A stretch of DNA of 64,000 nt from Guillardia theta CCMP2712 (taxonomy: Eukaryota > Protista > Cryptophyta): contig NW_005434597.1 of NCBI RefSeq assembly GCF_000315625.1, positions 15,924 through 79,923 of the forward strand, written 5' to 3'. Each line of letters starts with the position of its first letter. Position 1 is the first letter of the stretch. Below, piece by piece: positions 24,819 to 37,407 of this stretch. Position numbers and translations under genes: made by a program. The notes below the pieces were generated by a model. It was not told the origin of the DNA. It ran no database searches and saw only the letters and a list, made by a program, of their open reading frames with translations.

Positions 24819-27647
24819 ATGGCGTCATACCACGCGGACCTCGCGATAGGCAGAAACTTTCCGAGCAAGGCTTTGCAGGAAATTGAGAAGGAACACTTGA
24901 CACAGCGGAGTAGCCGAAGTTCTCCAGGTGCTCGTGCGAGAGACCGCTTGTGGAGCATTGACGTTGCTCCAGGATATGAACCGTCTCATCCTGGCTTTGA
25001 GCCTCCTGGATTCGTCTACGATCTGGCTGCCTCGGACGTAGAGGCGAGGGGCTCGGCGCCTGTGGCTGGCATAGTCTCACAGAGCCTTCACCCCTACGAG
25101 TACTCCTTACCAGACTCGCAGCTCCGCATGGACAACAGAGAGATGAATCAAGCGGGAGTTATGGAGGAGGGCAGGCTGGGCCACAGGAAGTCGCTGCTGC
25201 AGGGATTGATCGGCACGCAGCAGACTCCCGTCAGCGTCTCTTTCCACAGGCTCGCGATGCTGGTGCCTGAAAAGAAGGTCAAGACTTCTCCTCTCAGCTG
25301 CGACACACCAACGCGCACAATCCTACATGAGGTCAGCGGTGTCTTCGAGGCCGGCAAGTTCACTGCCATCATGGGGACGAGCGGAGCTGGTAAGACGACC
25401 TTGCTCAACGCGGTGGCGGGCGAGGCTTCGGGAGGGAAGCTGTCAGGAGGCGTGAGCTTCAACGGTGCGCAAGTTAACTCAGATCACATCCGTCGACTTC
25501 GCGCGTTTGTGTTTCAAGATGATGTCATGATGGGGACGATGACTGTGAGAGAAGCCATCACCATGTCCGCAAGGCTGCGGCTCCCCGCGTCGATCCCCTT
25601 GACCGAGAAGCTGAAGCGAGTGGAGGAAGTGATCGAGCTGCTGCATCTCGACAAGTGCAAGGACAGCGTGATCGGGTACGCGAAAGAGCGAGGCATCTCC
25701 GGGGGCGAGCGGAAGCGAGTGGGGATAGCCATGGAGCTTATCACCAACCCCTCCGTCATCTTCCTCGACGAGCCCACCTCAGGGCTCGACTCTCACACAG
25801 CTCACAGCGTCTGCAAGACGCTAAAGGAGCTCGCCAAGGCTGGACGGACTGTAGTGGCGACGATCCACCAGCCCTCCTCCGACATCTTCCACATGTTCGA
25901 CAACCTCCTCATCCTGGCCCATGGCAAGATCTTGTACCAGGGTCCCTCCCGCGACTGCACGCCTTACTTCGCGGCCCGAGGCAGTGAGTGCCCGCGGTAC
26001 ACGAACCCGGCGGACCACATCTTCATGAAGGTGCTCAACGACCAGGACGCCATCACTGAGGATGAGAAGCAGTTGGCCACTGCCCGCGTGCAGTCTCTCC
26101 TCAACGAGTACGTGACCTCCGGCACTCTGTCGCGCATGGAGGAGGCGGCGGCAGCTCCTGGACCAGGGGTGTCAGGGTCAGGACAAGAGAAGGGAGCAGG
26201 AGTGATGACAGAGCTGGCTGTCCTCTTCACTCGAGCTCGCAGGAATGCTGTCCGCAACCGCATGATCCTACGAGCCAAGATAGGACAGTCGATGTTCATG
26301 GGCCTACTGGTCGGCCTCATCTACCGAAACCTTCAGACCAATCAGAAGTCCATCCAAGTACTCCTCCTCCTCCTCCTCCTCCTCCTCCTCCTCCTCCTCC
26401 TCCTCTATCTCCTCCTCCTCCTCCTCCTCCTCCTCCTCCTCCTCCTCCTCCTCCTCCTCCTCCTCCTCCTCCTCCTCCTCCTCTATCTCCTCCTCATCCT
26501 CCTCCTCCTCCTCCTGCTCTTTCTCCCCCTCCTCCTCCTCCTCTATCTCCTCCTCCTCCTCCTCCGCGTCATCCTCTGCTCCATCCCTCGTTTTACCATC
26601 TCTCGTCTTCCTTCCTCACTGGCTCCGTAGGATCGCAACGGGGCGCTTTTCTTTGTCTCAGTCAACGTCACGCTCTCAGCTGCCTTTGGAGGTCCCTCGT
26701 GCTGCCTCCTCTTGTGCTGCCTCCTCTCGTGCTGCCTCCTCTCGTGCTGCCTCCTCTCGTGCTGCCTCCTCTCGTGCTGCCTCCTCTCGTGCTGCCTCCT
26801 CTCATGCTGCCTCCTCTCGTGCTCTCTCACCGTCTCCCAGTCATCTCCGCGTTTGGCGTCGAGCGGACTGTCTTCGAACGCGAGAGAAGTGTGGGCATGT
26901 ACAGGTCCAAGGGCTGCAAGAAAGATTTAGCCTGACTCTCCTGCAGCACGCTGTCTTACTTCCTCTCAAAGATCCTCGTTGAGCTCCCGCACAACGTTAT
27001 TTTCCCCTTCCTGCAGTCCACCATTGTCTATTTCCTCCTCAATCTGCAGCAGGCGGCAGACAAGTGGATCATATGGTACCTACTTCGCCTCTCCCTGCTT
27101 CTCATCCCTCCTCGCTCCCAGCCTCTCTCTCCTCGTCTCCCACCCCCTTCCCCCTCCTCTCCTTCCGGTCGTCTTTCCTCCTTCCTCACTCTCTTCTCGT
27201 CTCGTCTCGTCTCGTCTCGTCTCGTCTCGTCTCCTCCCTCCCTCCTCTTCGCCTCTTACCTTACACAGGGCCATGATATTCGTGATCTTGAACAATGTCG
27301 GCAACTCGCTCGGCATCAGGTTCGAGCTTCTTTTTGCTCTTTGCTCTGATCTGCTCGTGTAGTATCGCCTGCATGTTCGCGGATCTAGAGATGACGATTC
27401 AAGCTGGTTGCTCTCTCCTCCCCCGTCTCCTCCCCTCATGTTGTGGCAGCTCCGATCTTCATTCTTCCTCTTATGCTCTTCAGCGGCTTGTTTGTCAATC
27501 AGACGGGTGAAGCCACTCGACTGTGTCTCGGCTCCTGACCTCTCGTAGGGATCCCGGTCTACTTCAACTGGATCAAGTACATCTCGCCCATGAAATACAG
27601 GTGGGATAGGAGAGGGGCAGAAGAGGAGAAGGAGGAGAAGGAGAAGG

Positions 27648-27699
<52 letters not shown>

Positions 27700-28571
27700 C
27701 GAGAAGGACGAGAAGGAGGAGGAGGAGGAGGAGGAGGAGAAGGAGGAGTCAGGAGCTGATCAAGGTGGCAGCTATGAAGCGTTCATGCTCAACGAGTACA
27801 CGGGTCTCCTTGGGCTCTCTGGCTTCTCATCTTGTAATCCTCTCACAGGTCTCAAACTGCACTGTGACTCGAGCGAGTATCAATCTCAAGCCTCGTGCCC
27901 GCCAGTCCTCGATGCTGTGAGCCCCTCAATCACGTTCATCTCTCCTCTCCCCTCCCCTCCTCTCCTCTCCTCTCCTCTCCTCTCCTCTCCTCTCCTCTCC
28001 TCTCCTTTCCTCTCCTCTCCTCTCCTCTCCTCTCCTCTCCTCTCCTCTCCTCTCCTGTCTCGCAAGCCTTGTTATTGCCCGTATACAAGTGGGGAGGAGG
28101 TGCGAGCTTCTCATGCTTCTCTGCCGCTTGTCTTGTACCTCACAGCTTGCAGGTTTTGCAGCGCATGGGCATGGCCAACGACTTGACCTTATGGTGAGGG
28201 ACGGGCCCCGTGTGAGGTTCTGAGAGGTCTGCAGGGAAAACATCGCTGTCCTCTTTGGCTTGTGGGCTGGTTTTCTGATCCTCGCCTTCTGCCTTCTCCA
28301 CAGGTATCATGAGAGAAATCCCAAGCTCTTCTCCCTTCCTTTCCCTTCTTTCTCAATCGTCTTCACCTCCTAGTTCATTCCCCCCTTCACCTGCTTCTAC
28401 CATCTCCCTGCAGCTCCTCTTTCTTCTCTCTGTCTGCCTCCTCCCTCTGTATTTCCGAAGTTCTTGACAGCTCTCAGGCTGGTCGCATCGCGCGAAGCTG
28501 CTAGATCAAAGCTGCTGACTCGTGGCATTCAAACGAGAGCCACAGCCAGTCAGAGGAAACCAACCTCATGA
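24819..28571 (+). CDS. ABCG (White-family) half transporter
   Basis: Walker A GTSGAGKTT, signature ISGGERKR, Walker B IFLDEPTSGLD, TIHQPS and NPAD. The C-terminal TM domain lies in many small exons (QDRNGALFF, ERTVFERER, IPVYFNWIKYISP). Confidence 0.95.
26361..26565. repeat. (CTC)n tract filling an ABCG intron
   Basis: Lies between donor GTACTC (~26358) and acceptor CGTAG (26630). Confidence 0.9.
26699..26823. repeat. 15-nt tandem repeat x8 (GCTGCCTCCTCTCGT) in an ABCG intron
   Basis: Directly visible. Confidence 0.9.
27620..28055. repeat. Intronic (GAGCAG)n/(GAG)n tract (27620-27750) and (CTCCT)n tract (27955-28055)
   Basis: Directly visible within ABCG introns. Confidence 0.85.
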
Positions 28572-28675
28572 ATACTAGTACAGTAATCTAACAGCTTAAA
28601 CTAATTTTAGTAACATTAACGTCTGATATGCTCGAATGAATGTTTCCTTGGCCGTGTGAGTTCTTCGATTTACAA

Positions 28676-29770
28676 GAAACACAAGACCGAAAGTAACCAG
28701 CACTGCTGGCAACCAGACCCTGTACTGTTTCCTACACTGCCGGGGGAAGTCACGTAGACAAGCAGATGGCATGCCGATCTGCCAGTGTCCGACGCAGTGT
28801 GATGGGTGTCAGCGCGAGCTTGATCCTTCTATTGCTGCACACCATCTCCAGACCTGCAAGCGTCGATCCTCCAAGCTTCCTACTCGCTGTGAACTGTGTG
28901 CAAGCCGGTCGTCGACGGACTTACTCAGTCGAGACGTCCGCCGCCGCCACAAAGCGGGCGGCCGCGGACGAAGAAAGGGCAGCCGCCGACAAGGAGCCGG
29001 CGTTGCCCGGGGGTCCGCCTGGGGCAGCGGACGGAGGGAGGCTGGACACAGGAACACGGTACCGCTCGAGGTAGTCCTCCTCGCTAGCCTCCGAGGGGGC
29101 GATATCCACATCCCTGGAATCCGCGATCGAGGGTCTGAGCAGTACGAGGGCTTGATGGCGGACGTGACGTTGGTCCACCCTTGCTCTGCCGACCTGACCA
29201 AGTGGGGGGAGGTCAACCTCGACGCCCTCCATGTTGCAGCGTCTGAGAAGATTCGCAAACATCGCGCTGCATATGCTATGACTACTCCTCCTCGAGCGTT
29301 CATCCCTCTTGCCATCTCGACGGACGGTACCCTGCATCCTGACACCCTCCGCTTCATCCATTGTTAGCTTCATCTGGTATCTCGCGGACATCATTGCTCA
29401 GCGCTCGATGCCTCTTGAGGATGCGGCGTTTGGTCGGCACTTCGTGCCTGATGACGGCCCTGCTGCTGAGGTCTTGGCTCGCAAACGCGCCGCCACCTTT
29501 CAGCAATCCTAAATCGGTTTCAGCTTGTTCCTGCTTTGTTTTGCTTGAGGCACTTTTTATCTTCTGCCAGTAAATCCTATATCAGCGCCTCACTATGCAG
29601 CTGACGCTGGAGGCGCTCTTGTCTGGTGCCAGGCGCATGACGCCCTTGCGGAAGCAAGCACTTCTCGAGCCAGAGGACAGCTCCTCCTCGGACTTTGTCG
29701 AGTCGCCCGAGGGGGAGTCTTCGCCGGGTATAGGATTTACTGGCAGAAGGTAAAACTGTTTCAGCTTGAT
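28676..29770. mobile_element. Left patchwork of CRE-like element fragments in both orientations
   Basis: Near-identical pieces of 33170-33285, 33420-33810, 33811-33957, antisense 34212-34380, and copies of the 3' terminus. Confidence 0.9.
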
Positions 29771-30360
29771 TCCTCAGCTGATGTTTCTCAGTCTCCAGCT
29801 GCAGGCGCTGACTCTCCGCCGCCCCTCTCCGGGGGCCCTGCGAAGGCATCCGATGCATCAGCCTGTGCTGCGAATGTCCTGCCTGACGAGGATGATCAAC
29901 CTGACCTTGCTGATGCCGACCCTGATTCTGCTACGGATGTGCCCCCGGTTCCACCTATGGCCACCTCAGATTGGCCGAAGGGCTTGCAGTGGTTGATGTC
30001 CAACCTCCGAGTCTTCCTCTATATTCATGAGCGCTTTCGTCCTCATGTCACTGCGTCTCACCTCTTTGGTGAGACTGCAGAGCTTTGGCTGACTTGTCTT
30101 GTGTCTTTGCTGCAATTCATCGATCGATATGATCCTTCCTCGTCCAGCTATCAGACCCTTGTTCTGCTCTTTGAGCACCTTCCCGCCTTACTGCTTCCCG
30201 TACCCAACTCTGCCAATGGTCCTACCAAGGACGCGCTTATCAAGCGCCAGTGCCGACGTTTCTTGAAGGGTGAATGGAAAGCTCTTTTCAATCTGCCTGC
30301 TGCAGAAACCCATGGGAAGAAGCAAGCAAAGGGGGCGCGGCAGCCTTCACCGCCCCAAGG

Positions 30361-30361
<1 letters not shown>

Positions 30362-30393
<32 letters not shown>

Positions 30394-30684
30394 GCAGCAG
30401 CGGCAGCAGCAGCAGCAGCAACTTCGGCGGTCACCTCGGCACCTGCAGCCCTCGTCCGTCACCTCGGCACCTGCAGCCCTCGTCCCTCCCACAGCAGCAG
30501 CTCGGAGCAGCTGCAACCGCCTTTGTGTGTGATTGTGCAGCTTCTCGCTGTGCGCTGTGTGCCTGGAGGTTTAGCTTGATCCTGCTTTATTTTGCAGCCG
30601 CAGCCGCAGCCGCAGCCGCAGCCGCAACACCACCGCCACCAACAGCAACTGCAGCAGCAGCAGCCGCAGCCGCAGCACCCGCGT

Positions 30685-30743
<59 letters not shown>

Positions 30744-30775
30744 TCCGCGTCAGCAACTGCAGCAGCAGCAACACC
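30362..30775. repeat. (CAG)n/(CAGCCG)n tracts interrupting the CRE-like ORF
   Basis: Two tracts (30362-30420 and 30594-30775) flank an inserted 3'-UTR fragment (~30522-30595). Confidence 0.9.
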
Positions 30776-33513
30776 AGCAACCACCACAGCAGCGACCACA
30801 ACCGCGCGGGCCAAGGGAGCAGCGGCAGTCCGGCCAATCGTCTCAGGAGTCTGAGCCTGCTCCTCCGCCGCGACCTACGCTGTCCCTCACCTCTGCGAGC
30901 GAGCGCCAACGACAGTTGGCGATTCATCAGTTCACTGCGGGTGACCTTCATCGGGCGGTACGGACGCTACTGAGCTCCGGCATCTACAAGGCTGAATCTT
31001 TTGCTGATCTTCTTGCTGAAGCACAAGAGAAGTTCCCTGATGGTGCGTCGCCTGCCTTTGGAAGTGCTTCCGCGGATCATCTCACCCAGCAAGCGCTTGC
31101 AGTGCTGCAGGTGGATTTGACTGACATCCTCGACACCACTAGCCTGATCCAGGCGATCAAGCGCTACAGCTCCTTTGCGGGGACCGATGACCAAGGGTGG
31201 AGGATTCGGCAACACCTGTCACCCCTTTCTAGTCATCCTGCAGCTTTGAAGCTCTACTGCAAACATATCCTCCAAGGGGTCCTTCTTGGCCGGATGCCGG
31301 ATCTTCTTATTCCTGCCCTGTCAGCCATTCGTCGAGGAGGCAGATTTATTCCCCTCTCCAAGGGAGCTGATAAACCTGGTCTCCGGCCAATTGTCATCGG
31401 TTCTGCACACCGTCGACTCGCGACGAAGCTTGCTTTGGCAGCGATTCGCTCATTTCTTGACCAGCACTTCCTCTCGTCTCACCCTCGAGCGATTCAGTTC
31501 GGACTCGATCGAGACGGCTGTCTGAAGTTCTCGCAAACCGCGTCAGCGCTCCTGCCCCTTCACGCTCGCGGTGATGATGAGGATGTTGCCAACCCCACAG
31601 TGCTGGTGAGTTTGGATGCAAAGAACGCCTTCAACTCCCTCGACCGCCAGGCTCTCTTCGACGCAATCGAGGGACGTGCGAGTCGCGACTACTTTGATGG
31701 GAGCATCACTGAAGGCGCAAGCTTGCCCTCTTGCGAGCATCTCCGTTTGTTCGCCTCCTACCTCTCCAGCTACTATGGAGACTCTGCTGACCTTCGACTC
31801 TTTCACAAAAGTCAGTCAGCCTCCGTTCAGTGTACCTCGGGCGTCTGTCAGGGCGATGTCCCCTCCAGCGTATTTTTCTGCCACAGTATCCACCCCCTGC
31901 TCCTCCATATCGCAGAGCTTTTTCCCTCTGTTCGAGTCTTGGCCTATGCTGACAACGTCGTGCTTGTCGGTCCACTCGAGGATGCCGTTGCAGCTACGTC
32001 CGCTATGAAGAAGTACATGTTAGCTGATCTGAAGCTAGAGATTCAACCTCGCGAGTCGAAAGTTTACATCCCCTCCTGGCATCAACACCCTGATCTCTCG
32101 CAGCTGAAGAAGAGCCTTAAGCGCCGTCTCAAGACTCAACTTCTTCACTTCGAGGTCGTCACTGGCGGGATTACACTTGGCGGCCTGCCTATCGGCACGG
32201 ATGGATTTCATGCTAGTCAGCTCCGAGCGAAGGTTTCTACCCTCAACGAAGAGCTCTCGAAGCTCGGGCTCGTCCAGCATGGCTTCATGTTCAAGACGCT
32301 GGTGAGGGCGAGCCATCTCCAGAAGCTGCGCTTCTTCCTCCAGGGGTCTTCTCCGTTTCTCCCGCGGGTCCAATCACAGATTCGTCGCTTTGACCTCTCT
32401 GTCCACCTGGCGCTTGAGAAATACCACCGCTGGCCTTCCTCGCAGTACCTTGCCGCGCATCCCGACCTGCTAGAGTTTGCGAGGTTCAAGCGGGAGCTTC
32501 CGCATAGTCGGGGAGGGGACGAGTTCACGCCCTCTGAGGGTCTACACCCCGCTGTTTACTATACGGCTATCGCTCGCTTCCTCGCTTGGTACTCTGACCA
32601 GCCGATGTCCCGGATGTTGCCCTCTCCTCATAGCCTGGACGTTCACTGCTCGAGATCTCTCCGTGCCCAGAAGCATCCTCTGGCGACCTTCTTCGTTGAG
32701 GCGCACGACTTCGTTCATAATGCTGGAGCGATCCTCTACCGTCGTGTCAAGGCTCCTGCACCGGCTGCAGATGGCGCGGCGATCCCACCTGCCCCGGCTG
32801 CTGTGCCTGATGACGCAGGACGCCCCCCGGCATCTGTGGTACACATCCCTGGTTTGCGCGCTCTCGTCGACTCGTCTCATGAGCACTTCATTCCTCCCCC
32901 TGCGCAGCGAAATGTGACTCCTCTTGTAATGCGCGTCTTCCCTCGACATGTGCATGCTCGCGCTGCGCTGACCGCTCAGCAGCGTGATATCCTCACCTTG
33001 CACAGCCGCAGGACACACTCGCTCAAGTCGCAGGATAGGGTCTTGCAGTCTACCATCTTCGCTCATTTTCCTGAGCGAGACCTGAGCCACTCTCCGATGC
33101 GAGTCTCGAGCTACTACCCCCTCAAGGCCTTCCCGCACCGCTATGCTCAGATGCTCGACTGCTATCTCCATGGCATGCCGATCTGCCAGTGTCCGACGAA
33201 ATGTGATGGATGTCAGCGCGAGCTCGATCCCTCCGTTGCTGCACATCATCTCCAGACCTGCAAACGCCGATCCTCCAAGCTTCCCACGGCGCATGACAAC
33301 CTTACTCGTACGATTCGGTCGATGCTGAACGAAGCTGGTCTTCAGAGCGTCATCGATACAGTGGGGGATCCTCGTTCTCGACGGCAGGTACCCTCCCATC
33401 CTCATGACCGCAAGATAGGGCGATATCCACATCCCTGGAATCCGCGATCGAGGGTCCGAGCAGTACGAGGGCTTGATGGCGGACGTGACGTTGGTCCACC
33501 CTTACATTGGTAG
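30592..33513 (+). pseudogene. RT-containing ORF of the CRE-like element; continues after frameshifts as 33473-34045 and 34042-34416
   Basis: 973-aa ORF with RT motifs. The frameshift near 33415 is corrected by the antisense fragment at 37255-37365 (GGCCGCAAGATGAAGGG vs GACCGCAAGATAGGG). Confidence 0.85.
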
Positions 33514-34668
33514 CTCTGCCGACCTGACCAAGTGGGGGGAGGTCAACCTCGACGCCCTCCATGTTGCAGCGTCTGAGAAGATTCGCAAACATCGCGCTGC
33601 ATATGCTATGCCTACTCCTCCTCGAGCGTTCATCCCTCTTGCCATCTCGACGGACGGTACCCTGCATCCTGACACCCTCCGCTTCATCTGGTATTTGGCG
33701 GACATCATTGCTCAGCGCTCGATGCCTCTTGAGGATGCGGCGTTTGGTCGGCACTTCGTGCCTGATGACGGACCTGCTGCTGAGGTCTTGGCTCGCAAAC
33801 GCGCCGCCACCTATCAGCGCCTCACCATGCAGCTGACGCTGGAAGCGCTCTTGTCTGGTGCGAGGCGCATGACGCCCTTGCGGGCGCAAGCACTTCTCGA
33901 GCCAGAGGACAGCTCCTCCTCGGACTTTGTCGAGTCGCCCGAGGAGTCTTCGCCGGAGGACGTCTCGACTCCGATGGGGGAAACCCTTCGAGTGGCCCCG
34001 ACGATCGGCGCGGAGCTGGCGAAGCGTCTCCGTCCCTCACTGTGACGTCGGGTGCCTCCGGAGAGCTCGACACCACTGGGGTGCTTGCTGCTGGTCCGAG
34101 CTCGCCTGCTTCCTCCCCGGCATCGGTCGCCGGGTCACGCCGGTCCTTGGGCATTGCCGCGGCGTCGCCGCCGTCACGGGCGGCTACCACTGACTTGGCT
34201 ACCGCTGACTCGGAGGCTAGCGAGGAGGACTACCTCGAGCGGTACCGTGTTCATGTGTCCAGCCTCCCTCCGTCCGCTGCCCCAGGCGGACCCCCGGGCA
34301 ACGCCGGCTCCTTGTCGGCGGCTGCCCTTTCTCCGTCCCCGGCCGCCCGCTTTGTGGCGGCAGCGGACGTCTCGACTGACAGTGGTCAGTCGGCTGCCTC
34401 CGGGTATCGCGTCTAAGGGATTTTCTTCCTCCTGCATGCTCCTGCTGCTTGTTGCTTGATTGCTTGACCCTTAGGCTGCTTGTCTGCGCGGCTTCGCGCT
34501 TGGGCTGGCGCTGCCGCGTCTGGGTGCCAGCAGTGCTGGTTGTTTTCGGGCTTGTGTTTTGTGTGTGATTGTGCAGCTTCTCGCTGTGGACTGTGTACCT
34601 GCCGGTTCAGCTTGTTCCTGCTTTGTTTTGCTTGAGGCACTTTTTATCTTCTGCCAGTAAATCCTATA

Positions 34669-37407
34669 ACTGTAAAAAGTGCGCCGGGGGTCTCCGACTC
34701 CGATGGGGGAAACACGTCGAGTGGCGCCGACGATCGGCGCGGAGCTGGCGAGGCGTCTCCGTCCCTCACTGTGACGTCGGGTGCCTCCGGAGAGCTCGAC
34801 ACCACTGGGGTGCAACAGGAGGAGACCTACGGATTTGCAACAAGCAGCAGGAGCATGCAGGAGGAATAACATCCCTTGTTGCTTGATTGCTTGACCCTTA
34901 GGCTGCTTGTCTGCGCGGCTTCGCGCTTGGGCTGGCGACGCCGCGTCTGGGTGCCAGCAGTGCTGGATCTTTTTGGGCTTGTGTTTTGTGTGTGATTGTG
35001 CAGCTTCTCGCTGTGCGCTGTGTGCCTGGAGGTTTAGCTTGTTCCTGCACTTTTTACCTTCTGCCAGTAAATCCGTACCTTCCGTCCGCGGCCGCCAGCT
35101 TTGTGGCGGCGACTGACAGTGGTCAGTCGGCTGCCTCCGGGCAGTCCGATTTACTGGCAGACCGGGTATCGCGTCTAAGGGATTTTATTCCTCCTCCTGC
35201 ATGCTCCTGCTGCTTGTTGCTTGATTGCCTGACCCTTCGGCTGCTAGAGTCCCGTCTGAATGATAGTGGATTTACTGGCAGAAGGTAAAAAGTGCCTCAA
35301 GCAAAACAATAGTGGATTTACTGGCAGAGGGTAAAAAGTGCCTCAAGCAGAACAAAGCAGGAACAAGCTAAACCTCCAGGCACACAGCAAAATAAAGCAG
35401 GAACAAGCTAAACCTCCAGGCACACAGCGCACAGCGAGAAGCTGCAGTGCACAATCACACACAAAACACAAGCCCGAAAAGAACCAGCACTGCTGGCACC
35501 CAGACGCGGCAGCGCCAGCCCAAGCGCGAAGCCTCGCAGACAAGCAGCCTAAGGGTCAAGCAATCAAGCAACAAGCAGCAGGAGCATGCAGGAGGAATAA
35601 AATCCCTTTAAGGAGACGCGATACCCGGAGGCAGCCGACTGACCACTGTCAGTCGAGACGTCCGCTGCCGCCACAAGCGGGCGGCCGCGGACGGAGAAAG
35701 GGCAGCCGCCGACAAGGAGCCGGCGCTGCCCGGGTGTCCGCCTGGGGCAGCGGACGGAGGGAGGCTGGACACAGGAACACGGTACCGCTCGAGGTAGTCC
35801 TCCTCGCTAGCCTCCGAGTCAGCGGTAGCCGAGTCAGTGGTAGCCGCCCGTGACGGCGGCGACGCCGCAGCAATGCCCAAGGACCGGCGTGACCCGACCG
35901 ATGCCGGGGAGGAAGCAGGCGATCTCGGACCAGCAGCAAGCACCCCAGTGGTGTCGAGCTCTCCGGAGGCACCCGACGTCACAGTGAGGGACGGAGACGC
36001 CTCGCCAGCTCCGCGCCGATCGTCGGCGCCACTCGACGTGTTTCCGATCAAGCAACAAGCAGCAGGAGCATGCAGGTTTAGCTTGTTCCTGCTTTGTTTT
36101 GCTTGAGGCACTTTTTACCTTCTGCCAGTAAATCCTATACTCTTCCTGCAGGTATAGGATTTACTGGCAGAAGGTAAAAAGTGCCTCAAGCAAAACAAAG
36201 CAGGAACAAGCGCTGATAGGTGGCGGCGCGTTTGCGAGCCAGGACCTCAGCAGCAGGTCCGTCATCAGGCACGAAGTGCCTGCAGGAACAGCACTGCTGG
36301 CACCCAGACGCGGCATCGCCAGCCCAAGCGCGAAGCCGCGCAGACAAGCAGCCTAAGGGTCAAGCAATCAAGCAACAAGCAGCAGGAGCATGCAGGAGGA
36401 ATAAAATCCCTTAGACGCGATACCCGGAGGCAGCCGACTGACCACTGTCAGTCGAGACGTCCGCTGCCGCCACAAAGCGGGCGGCCGCGGACGAAGAAAG
36501 GGCAGCCGCCGACAAGGAGCCGGCGTTGCCCGGGGGTCCGCCTAGGGCAGCGGACGGAGGGAGGCTGGACACAGGAACACGGTACCGCTCGAGGTAGTCC
36601 TCCTCGCTAGCCTCCGAGTCAGCGGTAGCCGAGTCAGCATCCTATGCAAATCAGCGGTAGCCGTCCGTGACGGCGGCGACGCCGCAGCAATGCCCAAGGA
36701 CCGGCGTGATCGGAGTCGGAGACCTCCGGCGAAGACTCCCCCTCGGGCGACTCGACAAAGTCCGAGGAGGAGCTGTCCTCTGGCTCGAGAAGTGCTTGCT
36801 TCCGCAAGGGCGTCATGCGCCTGGCACCAGACAAGAGCGCCTCCAGCGTCAGCTGCATGGTGAGGCGCTGATAGGTGGCGGCGCGTTTGCGAGCCAGGAC
36901 CTTTTGTCTGCGTGGCTTCGCGCTTGGGCTGGCGCTTGAGGCACTTTTTACCTTCTGCCAGTGGTCAGTCGGCTGCCTCCGGGTATCGCGTCTAAGGGAT
37001 TTTATTCCTCCTGCATGCTCCTGCTGCTTGTTGCTTGATTGCCTGACCCTTCGGCTGCTTGTCTGCGCGGCTTCGCGCTTGGGCTGGCCGCCTGCCGCGT
37101 CTGGGTGCCAGCAGTGCTGGTTCTTTTCGGGCTTGTGTTTTGTGTGTGATTGTGCAGCTTCTCGCTGTGCGCTGTGTGCCTGGAGGTTTAGCTTGTTCCT
37201 GCTTTGTTTTGCTTGAGGCACTTTTTACCTTCTGCCAGTAAATCCACTTGCAAGACCCTTCATCTTGCGGCCATGAGGATGGGAGGGTACCTGCCGTCGA
37301 GAACGAGGATCCCCCACTGTATCGATGACGCTCTGAAGACCAGCTTCGTTCCGAGCATCGACCGAAAAGTGCCTCAAGCAAAACAAAGCAGGAACAAGCT
37401 GAACCGG
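34669..37407. mobile_element. Central patchwork of sense and antisense CRE-like 3'-region fragments
   Basis: Repeated blocks derived from 33310-34668, including a ~600-bp inverted copy at ~35400-36040 and many copies of the terminal TGAGGCACTTTTTACCTTCTGCCAGTAAATCC. Confidence 0.9.

Larger units (their letters stand above)
29790..34668 (+). mobile_element. 5'-truncated, frameshifted non-LTR retrotransposon with restriction-like endonuclease, CRE-clade-like
   Basis: Pre-RT motif RQCRRFLKGEW. RT motifs LRPIVIG, LDAKNAFNSLDR, GVCQGDVPSS and LAYADNV. Zn finger CDGC...HHLQTCK...HDNL. RLE motifs GDI...ADVTLVHP...AASEKIRKH...FIPLAISTDG. 3' UTR ~34417-34668. Confidence 0.85.

Noticed and set aside
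26358-26630. Poly-leucine C-terminus of the ABCG ORF as a transmembrane segment
   Set aside because: It is a (CTC)n-filled intron; splicing restores the conserved SIQ|DRNGALFF.
30592-33513. RT as a bacterial retron/DGR/group II intron, Penelope or telomerase RT
   Set aside because: The downstream Zn finger plus RLE motifs and the KNAFN/QGD/YADN pattern fit RLE non-LTR elements; no GIY-YIG domain or intron structure seen.
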